Assembly: GCF_042660085.1 (NCBI RefSeq)
Contig: NZ_JBHSTI010000002.1
Span: 150,001 to 182,000, forward strand
Direction: 5' to 3'
Length of the DNA stretch: 32,000 nt
Origin: Longivirga aurantiaca
Lineage (GTDB): Bacteria; Actinomycetota; Actinomycetes; S36-B12; CAIYMF01
In this document: positions 10,047 through 18,225 of the stretch, piece after piece
How the letters are laid out: each line of letters begins with the position of its first letter
How positions within the stretch are numbered: the first letter of the stretch is position 1
Notes under the pieces: generated by a model
Seen by the model: the letters and a program-made list of their open reading frames with translations, nothing else
What the model was told of the DNA's origin: nothing
The model's database searches: none
Made by a program: the position numbers and the translations under genes

Positions 10047-10150
10047 GCCTGGCTGTCACGCACCGCAGCAGCCCCTTGACGGGTGAATGGGCCGAGCGGG
10101 TGAGAGAGGTGTCACCCACTGTGAGCAACGGACGGCGGGACGCCGAGAAT

Positions 10151-10183
10151 CCGCGTGCACCAGGCGGATCACGGTGCACGCGG
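10151..10183 (-). terminator. Terminator hairpin downstream of the glycosyltransferase pair
   Basis: CCGCGTGCACC-aggcggatcac-GGTGCACGCGG: perfect 11-bp stem just past the minus-strand stop at 10211. Confidence 0.6.
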
Positions 10184-10210
10184 ATCCCGTCGCTCTCCGT
10201 CAGGAGAGCG

Positions 10211-12295
10211 TCACGCAGTGGTGCTGGTCGTGCCCGAGAGCGGTGCGGTGAGGTCGTACACCGTCACCCCGCCGACGGTCTGGGCGGAGAAGCTCTGCTC
10301 CACCCAGGCGGAGATCTCGCCGGTGGTCGACGCCCCGCCGCTCTGGGGGCCGAAGCCGCCGCCGCCGATGAACCAGTGCACCTGGCCCGACGCGACGTAC
10401 TCCTGGAACGCCGCGAGGGTCGGCCAGGGGTCGCTGCCGTTGAAGCCGCCCAGCGACATCACGGGGTAGCCGGTCGCGAGCTGGTAGCCGGCCGCGGTCT
10501 GCGCACCGACGGCGGCCGCGACCCAGGTGTAGGAGTCGGCGTCCTGCAGCAGCAGCGCCTGCAGCTCGGCCGTCGGGGTGGCGGCGTCGAGCAGCCCTCC
10601 CATGCCGCCGCCAGGGCCGCCCACGCCACCGCCGGGCAGCGCTCCCGTACCGCCGCCGGGGAGGGTGCCGGGGAAGCCCTGTGCGCCGGGGAAGCCCTGT
10701 GCGCCGGGGCCTCCCGGGCCGCCCGGCATCTGGCCGCCGCCAGGGCCGAGGCCGCGACCGCCGGAGACCGCAGGGCCGGCGGACGGCAGCGAGCCGGTGT
10801 GCGGCTCGGACGCCGTCTGCAGCGCGTATGCCGTCGGCGCCGCGAGCGCGAGCACGAGCCCGGCTCCCACCACGCCCAGCGCCGCGCGGCGGCTGAGCCG
10901 GTCGGCCAGGAGGATGGCGAGGGCGGCGAGGGTGCCGCCGACGAGCACGACCCAGCGCAGCGCAGGGAGGAAGTCGGCCGAGCGGGCGAGCAGCACGCTC
11001 GCCCAGACCGCGGATCCCGCCACGGTCACCGCGAGGGTGATGCGTGCGGCCGCGCGCTCGCGCTGCCTCCAGAGCTCGACGACGCCGATGCCGACGAGCG
11101 CACCGATCGCGGGGGCGAGGGCCACCGTGTAGTACTCGTGGATGATGCCCGCGGCGAACGAGATCACCGCGCCGGTGATGGCGAGCCAGCCGGTCCACAG
11201 GATCACCGAGGCGCGCACGGGATCGGTGCGCGGTGCGCGGCCCCGCAGCACCAGAACCGCGATGGCGAGCACGATCGCGGCCGGGATCAGCCACGCGATC
11301 TGACCGCCGTACGAGCTGGAGAACAGGCGACCGATGCCGGTCTCGCCCCACATGCCCCCGGCGTTGCCGCCGATGGCCGCTCCACCACCGGTGACGCTGC
11401 CGACCTCGTCGCCGGTGATCCGGCCGAGGCCGTTGTAGCCCATGATCAGCTCCCAGGCCGAGTTGGTCTGCGAGCCTCCGATGTAGGGGCGGCTGTCCGC
11501 CGGCCAGAGCTCGACGAGGGCCACCCACCAGCCGCCGGCCACGATCATCGCGGCACCCGCGACGAGCAGGTCGCGGATGCGGCGGCCGAGGGTCGTGGGG
11601 GCGGCGTACAGGTAGACGAGCGCGAAAGCGGGCAGGGGGAGGAACGCCTGCAGGCTCTTGGTGAGGAAGGCGAAGCCGACGAGCACGCCGGTCCACACGA
11701 GCCAGCGCATCGAGGCCTTCTCGGTCGCACGGATCGTGGTGTACGCCGCCGCCACGAGCAGCAGCACGAGCAGCGCGTCGGGGTTGTTGAAGCGGAACAT
11801 CAGCACCGCGACGGGCGTGAGCGCCAGCACCGTGCCCGCGACGAGGCCGGCGGCCGCGCCGGAGACCCGGCGTACGGCGAGGTAGAGGATCCCGACGCTC
11901 GCGACGCCCATGAGCGCCTGCGGCACGAGGATGCTCCAGCTGCTGAGGCCGAACAGCTTCACCGACAGCGCCATCGGCCAGAGCGAGGCCGGGGGCTTGT
12001 CGACGGTGATGAGGTTCGCGGCGTCGGACGAGCCGAAGAGGAACGCCGTCCAGCTCTCGCTGCCCGCCTGCGCCGCGGCCGAGTAGAACGCGTTCGCCCA
12101 GCCCGACGACCCGAGGTCCCACAGGTAGAGCAGGCCCGTGCCGAGCAGGAGCGCGAGCAACGACGGACGTACCCAGCGCGGGTCGTCCGGGTTGCCGCGC
12201 CACGGGCGGGCGATGCGCCCGGTCGGCTCGGCCGCGCTGCGTTCGTCGATGCCGTCGAGCGGCGGCGCGAAGGTGGGGTCGTCGACGGTGCTCAT
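10211..12295 (-). CDS. ArnT-like / GT39-family polyprenyl-phosphate-sugar dependent glycosyltransferase, multi-TM, with Gly/Pro-rich linker and C-terminal extracytoplasmic domain
   Basis: MSTVDDPTFAPP...GWANAFYSAAAQAGSESWTAFLFGSSDAANLITVDKPPASLWPMALSVKLFG...RFNNPDALLVLLLVAAAY...; C-terminal GGFNGSDPWPTLAAFQEYVASGQVHWFI. Confidence 0.85.
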   Translation of the reverse strand: MSTVDDPTFAPPLDGIDERSAAEPTGRIARPWRGNPDDPRWVRPSLLALLLGTGLLYLWDLGSSGWANAFYSAAAQAGSESWTAFLFGSSDAANLITVDKPPASLWPMALSVKLFGLSSWSILVPQALMGVASVGILYLAVRRVSGAAAGLVAGTVLALTPVAVLMFRFNNPDALLVLLLVAAAYTTIRATEKASMRWLVWTGVLVGFAFLTKSLQAFLPLPAFALVYLYAAPTTLGRRIRDLLVAGAAMIVAGGWWVALVELWPADSRPYIGGSQTNSAWELIMGYNGLGRITGDEVGSVTGGGAAIGGNAGGMWGETGIGRLFSSSYGGQIAWLIPAAIVLAIAVLVLRGRAPRTDPVRASVILWTGWLAITGAVISFAAGIIHEYYTVALAPAIGALVGIGVVELWRQRERAAARITLAVTVAGSAVWASVLLARSADFLPALRWVVLVGGTLAALAILLADRLSRRAALGVVGAGLVLALAAPTAYALQTASEPHTGSLPSAGPAVSGGRGLGPGGGQMPGGPGGPGAQGFPGAQGFPGTLPGGGTGALPGGGVGGPGGGMGGLLDAATPTAELQALLLQDADSYTWVAAAVGAQTAAGYQLATGYPVMSLGGFNGSDPWPTLAAFQEYVASGQVHWFIGGGGFGPQSGGASTTGEISAWVEQSFSAQTVGGVTVYDLTAPLSGTTSTTA

Positions 12296-13596
12296 GCGGT
12301 GGTCCTCCGGTCGGGCTGTGCGGGCAGGGCAGGGCTCTCGCGACGCGGGAACACCCACGAACGGAAGAGGAGGAAGCGGACGAGGGTGGCGCCGACGTTG
12401 GCGGCGACCAGCACGCCGAGCTCGAGCCACCGGGGCGCCGCGGGCGCTGCGGAGTGCAGGGCCCAGAGCGACGACGACGTCAGGGCGAGACCGATGGCGA
12501 ACACGACGAGGCCCTGCAGCTGATGGCGGAACCGGTCGGTGGCGCCGCGCACGCCGAAGGTGAGGCGACGGTTGAGCGCGGTGTTGCCGACGGCGGTGAG
12601 CAGCAGGGCGGTCGCGTTGGCCGACTGGGCGCCGAGACCGCTGCGCAGCATCAGGTAGAGCAGCAGGTACGCGAGGGTCGAGAGCACGCCCACGGCGGCG
12701 AACCGCGCGAGCTGGCGGCCGAGCCGAGGCGGGACGTCGGCGCCCTGGTACGACGGCAGCGCCGTGACCGGGATCGAGCCCGAGGCCATGCCGCGCGCGA
12801 GGCGGACGATCCCGTGGAGGTCGGCCTTCGCCGTCGCGACGATGTCGACGCGCGAGTCGGGGTCGTCGACCCAGTCGACGGGCACCTCGTGGATGCGCAG
12901 GCCCGACCGCTCGGCGAGCACGAGCAGCTCGGTGTCGAAGAACCAGCCGGTGTCCTCGACCAGGGGCAGCAGCTCGCGGGCGCGGTCGGCGCGGATGGCC
13001 TTGAAGCCGCACTGCGCGTCGGAGAAGCGGGTGGCGAGCGAGAGGCGCAGCAGCAGGTTGTAGCAGCGGGAGATCAGCTCGCGCTTGGTGCCGCGCACGA
13101 CCCGCGATCCGCGGGCGAGCCGCGTGCCGATCGCGAGGTCGCTGTGGCCGGACAGCAGCGGTGCGATGAGGGGGAGCACCGCGGCGAGGTCGGTGGAGAG
13201 GTCGACGTCCATGTAGGCGAGCACGTCGGCGTCGCTCGCCGACCACACCTGGTGCAGCGCGCGGCCGCGGCCCTTCTCCTCGAGCCGCACGGCGCTCACG
13301 TGCGGCAGCGTCGAGGCGAGGTCCTCGGCGATCGTCCACGTGCGGTCGGTGCTCGCGTTGTCGGCGATGGTGATGCGGTAGGTCACCGGCAGGTGCAGCT
13401 CGAGGTAGGCGTGCAGCCGGCGGACGCTCGGGCCGAGGTCGGTCTCCTCGTTGTGGACGGGGACGACGACGTCGACGACCGTGCGCCGCCTCTGCGCGGC
13501 GACGACCGCCGGTGACGCGCTCACCCCGGCCTCCGGGCTGTCGGACCAGGCACGGAGGGGGGAGCCGTGCTCTCGGGGGTCGGTGGGTGCGGTCAT
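12292..13596 (-). CDS. Bifunctional GT2-family (dolichol-phosphate mannosyltransferase-like) glycosyltransferase fused to GtrA-like membrane domain
   Basis: VDVVVPVHNEETDLGPSVRRLHAYL...DADVLAYMDVDLSTDLAAVLPLI...SDAQCGFKAIRADRARELLP...; C-terminal 4-TM GtrA-like region. 4-nt ATGA overlap with the downstream GT39-like gene. Confidence 0.87.
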   Translation of the reverse strand: MTAPTDPREHGSPLRAWSDSPEAGVSASPAVVAAQRRRTVVDVVVPVHNEETDLGPSVRRLHAYLELHLPVTYRITIADNASTDRTWTIAEDLASTLPHVSAVRLEEKGRGRALHQVWSASDADVLAYMDVDLSTDLAAVLPLIAPLLSGHSDLAIGTRLARGSRVVRGTKRELISRCYNLLLRLSLATRFSDAQCGFKAIRADRARELLPLVEDTGWFFDTELLVLAERSGLRIHEVPVDWVDDPDSRVDIVATAKADLHGIVRLARGMASGSIPVTALPSYQGADVPPRLGRQLARFAAVGVLSTLAYLLLYLMLRSGLGAQSANATALLLTAVGNTALNRRLTFGVRGATDRFRHQLQGLVVFAIGLALTSSSLWALHSAAPAAPRWLELGVLVAANVGATLVRFLLFRSWVFPRRESPALPAQPDRRTTA

Positions 13597-13694
13597 GGGG
13601 CGACCGTGGCGCCCGAACCTGTGATCACCGTGAACGCGGTGTGTGCCTCCGATACGTGTGCGACGAGGGGAATGGCGTTCCGCTCGGGGAGGTC

Positions 13695-14525
13695 GTGTCG
13701 CACACTGTGGGGGTGTCCAACCCGGTGGTGCGCTCGCTCGAGGAGATCGGCGACCTGCTCAAGCACCCGACGACCTTCCGGCCGCCGGTCCTCACCGCTG
13801 TGCGCGAGAACCTCTCGGTGCTGCAGGTCGCGGGCAGGATCATCGCCCAGCGCTCCGAGCTGTCGGAGCCCACGCTCGTCGACACCGACCGCGTGCCGGT
13901 GCTGCTCGTGCCCGGGTTCGCGGCCACCGACATCGCGCTCGAGCCGATGGCCGAGGCCCTGCGCCGCCGCGGGCACTGGACCTCGCGCAGCGGGATCGGG
14001 CCGAACGTCGGCTGCACCCGTGAGATGGCCGACGCTCTGGAGCGTCGGCTCGAGGTCGTCGCCGAGCGGGTCGGGCAGCGGGTCTCGCTCGTCGGCTGGA
14101 GCCGCGGCGGTACGCTCGGCAAGGTCGTCGCCGTACGCCGGCCCGACCTCGTCGAGTCGCTCGTGACCCTGGGTACGCCGAACACGCACCCGCTCGCCGT
14201 GAGCGAGACGCTGTCGGCGCAGATCGGGGTGCTGGCCAAGCTGCACGCGCTCGGCATCCCCGGCCTGCTCGACCAGGACTGCCTGTCCGGCGACTGCGCC
14301 CGGTCGGTGATGGCGGTTCTCGAGGGCCCGTTCCCCGACGACATCGGCTACACCGCGGTGTTCTCCATGGAGGACGGCGTCATCGACTGGCGCGCATGCC
14401 TCGACCCGGACGCCACGCACGTCGAGTGCACCGCGACCCACATGGGGATGGGTGCCGACCCGGAGGTCATCGACCTCGTGGTGTCGATCCTGGGCTCGCT
14501 CACGCCGCGCGCCCTCGCCGCCTGA
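13695..14525 (+). CDS. Alpha/beta hydrolase (lipase-like, GWSRGG nucleophile elbow)
   Basis: VPVLLVPGFAATDIALEPMAEALRRRGHW...VSLVGWSRGGTLGKVVAVRRPDLVESLVTLGTP...THMGMGADPEVIDLVVSIL. Exact start uncertain; in-frame upstream GTG codons exist. Confidence 0.8.
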   Translation: MSHTVGVSNPVVRSLEEIGDLLKHPTTFRPPVLTAVRENLSVLQVAGRIIAQRSELSEPTLVDTDRVPVLLVPGFAATDIALEPMAEALRRRGHWTSRSGIGPNVGCTREMADALERRLEVVAERVGQRVSLVGWSRGGTLGKVVAVRRPDLVESLVTLGTPNTHPLAVSETLSAQIGVLAKLHALGIPGLLDQDCLSGDCARSVMAVLEGPFPDDIGYTAVFSMEDGVIDWRACLDPDATHVECTATHMGMGADPEVIDLVVSILGSLTPRALAA

Positions 14526-14556
14526 CCGCCGGCGACCAGGTGCGCGGCGCGATGGG

Positions 14557-14647
14557 TTGTCCACGAGTTTTGTGCACAGGGGTGGGGACAACCTGCGGCG
14601 TGAGCACGGCAGGGTGTGGACGACGCTGTGTGCGGAGCTGTGCACGA
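14557..14647. promoter_or_regulatory. Cluster of DnaA-box-like 9-mers
   Basis: TTGTCCACG (14557-14565), TTGTGCACA (14570-14578), then reverse-orientation TGGGGACAA (14583-14591), TGTGGACGA (14615-14623), TGTGCACGA (14639-14647). Confidence 0.4.
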
Positions 14648-14667
14648 ATATTCGTCGTCCAAACCCC

Positions 14668-14697
14668 TTGCGCCCGTTGACGCGGGGCGCGTATCAA
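14668..14697 (+). promoter_or_regulatory. Candidate sigma70-like promoter upstream of putative structured RNA
   Basis: TTGCGC (14668-14673) - 18 nt - TATCAA (14692-14697). Confidence 0.3.
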
Positions 14698-14702
14698 TCT
14701 CC

Positions 14703-15001
14703 TCACGTCCTCGCGGACGGGGCAGGCACCGGGGCAACCCGGGGCAGGCGCCGGAGGCAGGGACGGCCCGGACGGAGAACGTCAGTCCATCCCGGGAGGG
14801 GCAACCCTCCCGGCTGCGAGTGCCATCGCAGTGGACCGACGGGCCCTGCTGGGCGGGCATCCGCTCGTGAAGCGCCCGGGTCTCCCGGACGGGGAACGGC
14901 GGCCGCGGCGGCACCCGCGGGTCGTGCCGGCCTCCAGGTCTCCTGGAGGTGGGCCGACGGCTGGCGCGAGGCCCCTCGAACTCATACTTCGAGGGGCCTC
15001 G
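14703..15001 (+). ncRNA. Putative structured non-coding RNA, family unknown
   Basis: About 300 nt with nested perfect stems: CGTCC-tcgc-GGACG, CCGGG-GCAA-CCCGG, a three-way junction at 14780-14841, CCTCCAGG-tct-CCTGGAGG, ending in a 14-bp terminator-like stem. No convincing coding frame. Confidence 0.45.
14967..15001 (+). terminator. Strong terminator-like hairpin at the end of the putative ncRNA
   Basis: CGAGGCCCCTCGAA-ctcatac-TTCGAGGGGCCTCG: perfect 14-bp stem, 7-nt loop. Confidence 0.7.
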
Positions 15002-15189
15002 TCGCATGTCCGGGTGCTTTCCATGGTCGCCGAAACCCTTGTGGTTCCAGCATGTTTCGCGGTTCTCATGATGGCCCGAGGAAAACTGGCCAGTAGCGTG
15101 ACGGGCCGTTCGCCGAGCGTTAACCTCAGCCGCTGGTCGCCGACTTCCCTCCACCTCTCGGCGGCACATTCCTCCCGGAAGGCACATCC

Positions 15190-16659
15190 ATGGCTGTGGA
15201 AGCCCCTGACCGCGCAGTGACGGGCTGGGACCGCTGGTTCCACCTGACCGAGCGCGGCTCGACCGTCTCGCGCGAGGTGCGCGGTGGTCTCGTCACGTTC
15301 TTCACGATGGCGTACATCGTCGTGCTGAACCCCCTCATCATCGGCACCGCGAAGGACAGCACCGACAACTTCCTGGGCGGCGGCAGCATCGTCCAGTCGA
15401 TCACGATGGTCACCGCGGCCACGGCGCTCATGGCCGGCCTGCTCACCATCGCGATGGGCGCCATCGGCCGCTTCCCGGTCGCGCTCGCCGCGGGCCTCGG
15501 CCTCAACGGCTTCGTCGCCTTCACCCTCGCCCCGCAGATGACCTGGGCCGACGCGATGGGCCTCGTGGTCATCGAGGGCATCATCATCGCCCTGCTGGTG
15601 CTCACCGGATTCCGCACCGCGGTCTTCCACGCCGTCCCCGAGCAGCTGAAGTACGCGATCGGCGTGGGCATCGGCCTGTTCATCACGATCATCGGCTTCG
15701 TGGACGCCGGCATCGCGCGCCCGGGCGTCCCGCTGATCAGCTTCGGAACCAACGGCGCCCTGCGCGGCTGGCCGACGTTCGTCTTCGTCTTCGGCCTTCT
15801 GCTGCTCGCCGTGCTCGTGGCCAAGAAGGTCAAGGGCGCGATCCTCATCGGCATCGTGGCGACGACGATCCTCGCGATCATCGTCGAGGCGATCGCCAAG
15901 GTCGGCCCGCGCGTCGGCGCCGACGGAAGCATCGCCAACGAGCTCGGCTGGAGCCTCAACGTCCCGAGGCTGCCGGACACCGTCGTCTCCACTCCGGACC
16001 TCGGCCTGCTCGGCCAGTTCAACCTGCTGGGCGGCATCAAGGCGATCGGCCTGATCGCGGCGATCCTCGCGATCTTCTCGCTCATGCTGAGCGACTTCTT
16101 CGACACCATGGGCACGGTGTTCGGCATCGCCAACGAGGGCGAGATCCTCGACGAGAAGGGCGACGTCCCCCACCTCGAGGCGATCCTGCTCGTCGACTCC
16201 GTCGCCGCAGCCGCGGGCGGTGCGGCCAGCGTCTCGAGCAACACGAGCTACATCGAGTCCGCGTCCGGCGTCGGTGAGGGCGCACGCACGGGTATCGCCT
16301 CGCTCGTCACCGGCGTGCTGTTCCTCGTCGCGATGTTCTTCTCGCCGCTCGTCACCGTGATCCCGCACGAGGCGGCCACTCCCGCGCTCGTGATCGTCGG
16401 GTTCCTGATGATGACCCAGATCCGCCACATCGACTTCACCGACTACTCGATCGGCATCCCCGCGTTCCTGACGCTCACGATCATGCCGTTCACGTACTCG
16501 ATCACGAACGGCATCGGTGCCGGCTTCGTCTCGTGGACCCTCATCCAGGTGTCCACCGGCAAGGCCCGCGAGGTCAAGCCGCTCATGTGGGCCGTGACGG
16601 CCGCGTTCGTCGTCTACTTCGCCTACGACCCGATCAGCACGGTGCTCGGCGTCTCCTGA
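15190..16659 (+). CDS. NCS2/AzgA-family purine (guanine/hypoxanthine/adenine) permease
   Basis: WFHLTERGSTVSREVRGGLVTFFTMAYIVVLNPLIIG...MGAIGRFPVALAAGLGLNGFVAFTLAPQMTWADAMGLVVIEGIIIALLVLTGFR...LFSLMLSDFFDTMGTVFGIANEG. Confidence 0.93.
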   Translation: MAVEAPDRAVTGWDRWFHLTERGSTVSREVRGGLVTFFTMAYIVVLNPLIIGTAKDSTDNFLGGGSIVQSITMVTAATALMAGLLTIAMGAIGRFPVALAAGLGLNGFVAFTLAPQMTWADAMGLVVIEGIIIALLVLTGFRTAVFHAVPEQLKYAIGVGIGLFITIIGFVDAGIARPGVPLISFGTNGALRGWPTFVFVFGLLLLAVLVAKKVKGAILIGIVATTILAIIVEAIAKVGPRVGADGSIANELGWSLNVPRLPDTVVSTPDLGLLGQFNLLGGIKAIGLIAAILAIFSLMLSDFFDTMGTVFGIANEGEILDEKGDVPHLEAILLVDSVAAAAGGAASVSSNTSYIESASGVGEGARTGIASLVTGVLFLVAMFFSPLVTVIPHEAATPALVIVGFLMMTQIRHIDFTDYSIGIPAFLTLTIMPFTYSITNGIGAGFVSWTLIQVSTGKAREVKPLMWAVTAAFVVYFAYDPISTVLGVS

Positions 16660-16678
16660 CCCCGTCCCGTACGAACCC

Positions 16679-16720
16679 CCGGTGGGGGGCAGCCCCGATC
16701 CTGGGGACGCCCCCCACCGG
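16679..16720 (+). terminator. Terminator hairpin downstream of purine permease
   Basis: CCGGTGGGGGGC...GCCCCCCACCGG (12-bp arms) enclosing an inner CCCC/GGGG stem. Confidence 0.75.
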
Positions 16721-16837
16721 CGTCCGATGACCCCCGAGCAGGGGTACGGGATGAACATGCGAAGAACGGTTCGTGAGTAAGGCATGACTGGCCGGTGAAC
16801 GGCCCTCATACCGGGCGTGTCGCCCCACCCGAGGCCC

Positions 16838-16870
16838 GTTCACCACCCGTTCGTGGTTTGTTCACTCCAC
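16838..16870 (+). promoter_or_regulatory. PHO-box-like array: three contiguous 11-bp direct repeat units
   Basis: GTTCACCACCC | GTTCGTGGTTT | GTTCACTCCAC, head to tail with exact 11-bp phasing, upstream of a PiT phosphate transporter. Confidence 0.7.
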
Positions 16871-16943
16871 CGAATAGACACCGGGGCACGCATCCCCGAC
16901 ATTGTGCGTGTCCGGGCTGCCCAGGGGGGCCGGCCCTCGCACG

Positions 16944-18134
16944 GTGGAGACACTTGTGGACCTCACGCTGATCGCCGTGGTGGCGGTCGTAGCTCTGGCC
17001 CTGCTGTTCGACTTCACCAACGGCTTCCACGACGCCGCCAACTCCGTGTCGACTGTCGTCGCCACGAGGGCGCTGCCAGCGAAGTGGGCCGTCTGGTTCT
17101 CGGCGTTCTTCAACTTCGCCGCCGTCTTCATCGTAGGTACCGCCGTCGCCAACACCGTCGCGAAGACGGTCAAGGCCGACTTCACGGGCGTCGCGGTCGT
17201 GTTCGCGGCGCTGTTCGCCGCCATCGCGTGGAACTACGCGACCTGGTGGGTCGGCATGCCCTCGTCGTCGAGCCACGCCCTCATCGGTGGGCTCGTCGGT
17301 GCCGGCCTCGCCGCCGGCGGCATGGACGCGATCTCCTGGTCGAGCGTGCAGAAGACCGCGATCGCCATCGTGATCTCGCCGCTCGTCGCGTTCTTCATCG
17401 CCTTCCTGGCGATGTACCTGATCGGCGCCATCCGCAAGGCCACCGGCGCGCACGAGAACGCCAAGCCGTTCAAGTGGCTGCAGCTGGTCTCGGCCGCGGC
17501 GGTGTCGTTCGGGCACGGCGCCAACGACGCCCAGAAGACGATGGGTGTCATCGCAGCTCTGCTCGTGGGCACCGGCCACCTCACCGCGGCCGCCGACGGC
17601 AACGTCGTCGTGCCGGTCTGGGTGGAGTTCGCGGCGTACGGCGCCATCGCCCTCGGCACGATCTGGGGCGGCTGGAAGATCATCGAGACCATGGGGCTCA
17701 AGATCACGACGCTTCACGCGTCGTCGGGCGTGGCGGCCAACGCCGGCGCCGTGACCGCGATCTTCGGCGCCACCGGCCTCGGCGTCCCGATCTCGACCAC
17801 GCACGCTGCCGCGTCGTCGGTGGCCGGTGCCGGAGTCGCCTCAGGCGTCGGGATCAACCTCAAGGTCGTCGGCGAGATGGTGATGGCCTGGATCATCACG
17901 CTCCCCTCGACCGTCATCGTCGGCTTCCTCGCCTTCAAGTCCACCCAGCTGCCTGGCGCCTTCGCCTGGATCGTCACCGGCGGTCTGGTGCTTGTGGCCG
18001 CAGTGCTCATCGGCTGGGCGATGGCGCACACGATCACCGCCGAGGACGTCGAGGCCGAGATCCCCACCGAGGAGGAGCTCGACAAGCCGCTCGAGCTCAC
18101 CCCGCACCTCGAGGGCCACGGCCCGGCCGCCTGA
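16944..18134 (+). CDS. pit: PiT-family inorganic phosphate transporter
   Basis: LIAVVAVVALALLFDFTNGFHDAANSVSTVVATRALPAKWAVWFSAFFNFAAVF...SSSHALIGGLVGAGLA...FGHGANDAQKTMGVI...GLGVPISTTHAAASSVAGAG. Start may be GTG 16944 or 16956. Confidence 0.93.
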   Translation: METLVDLTLIAVVAVVALALLFDFTNGFHDAANSVSTVVATRALPAKWAVWFSAFFNFAAVFIVGTAVANTVAKTVKADFTGVAVVFAALFAAIAWNYATWWVGMPSSSSHALIGGLVGAGLAAGGMDAISWSSVQKTAIAIVISPLVAFFIAFLAMYLIGAIRKATGAHENAKPFKWLQLVSAAAVSFGHGANDAQKTMGVIAALLVGTGHLTAAADGNVVVPVWVEFAAYGAIALGTIWGGWKIIETMGLKITTLHASSGVAANAGAVTAIFGATGLGVPISTTHAAASSVAGAGVASGVGINLKVVGEMVMAWIITLPSTVIVGFLAFKSTQLPGAFAWIVTGGLVLVAAVLIGWAMAHTITAEDVEAEIPTEEELDKPLELTPHLEGHGPAA

Positions 18135-18163
18135 GCGGTCACCGGGCCGCCTGCGGCCCGCAC

Positions 18164-18215
18164 GGCGAACGACGGAGGGGCTCCCCTGATCCGGGGAGCC
18201 CCTCCGTCGTTCGCC
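18164..18215. terminator. Bidirectional terminator between convergent genes
   Basis: GGCGAACGACGGAGGGGCTCCCC-tgatcc-GGGGAGCCCCTCCGTCGTTCGCC: perfect 23-bp stem, 6-nt loop. Confidence 0.92.
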
Positions 18216-18225
18216 GCGGTTGCGG

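Noticed and set aside
6678-10079. 1133-aa plus-strand ORF with DLDDLHRDDLDRDDLDRDDLD repeats
   Set aside because: The repeat is the complement of the VVPVEVV linker repeat. The minus strand carries clear GGDEF/PAS motifs, so the plus ORF is a shadow.
14540-14660. oriC interpretation of the DnaA-box-like cluster
   Set aside because: No dnaA, dnaN, rpmH or gyrB nearby and no AT-rich unwinding region. Kept only as a possible regulatory or titration site.
14452-15187. Overlapping ORFs (14452..15096 + and 14348..15187 -) across the intergenic gap
   Set aside because: No RBS or domain motifs, Arg/Gly/Pro-rich, and they run through strong hairpins and the terminator. A structured RNA explains the region better.
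15003-15190. Classic purine/guanine riboswitch directly upstream of the purine permease
   Set aside because: No purine-aptamer core sequences or kissing-loop motifs, and no terminator/antiterminator next to the start codon. The structured region ends 189 nt before the ATG.
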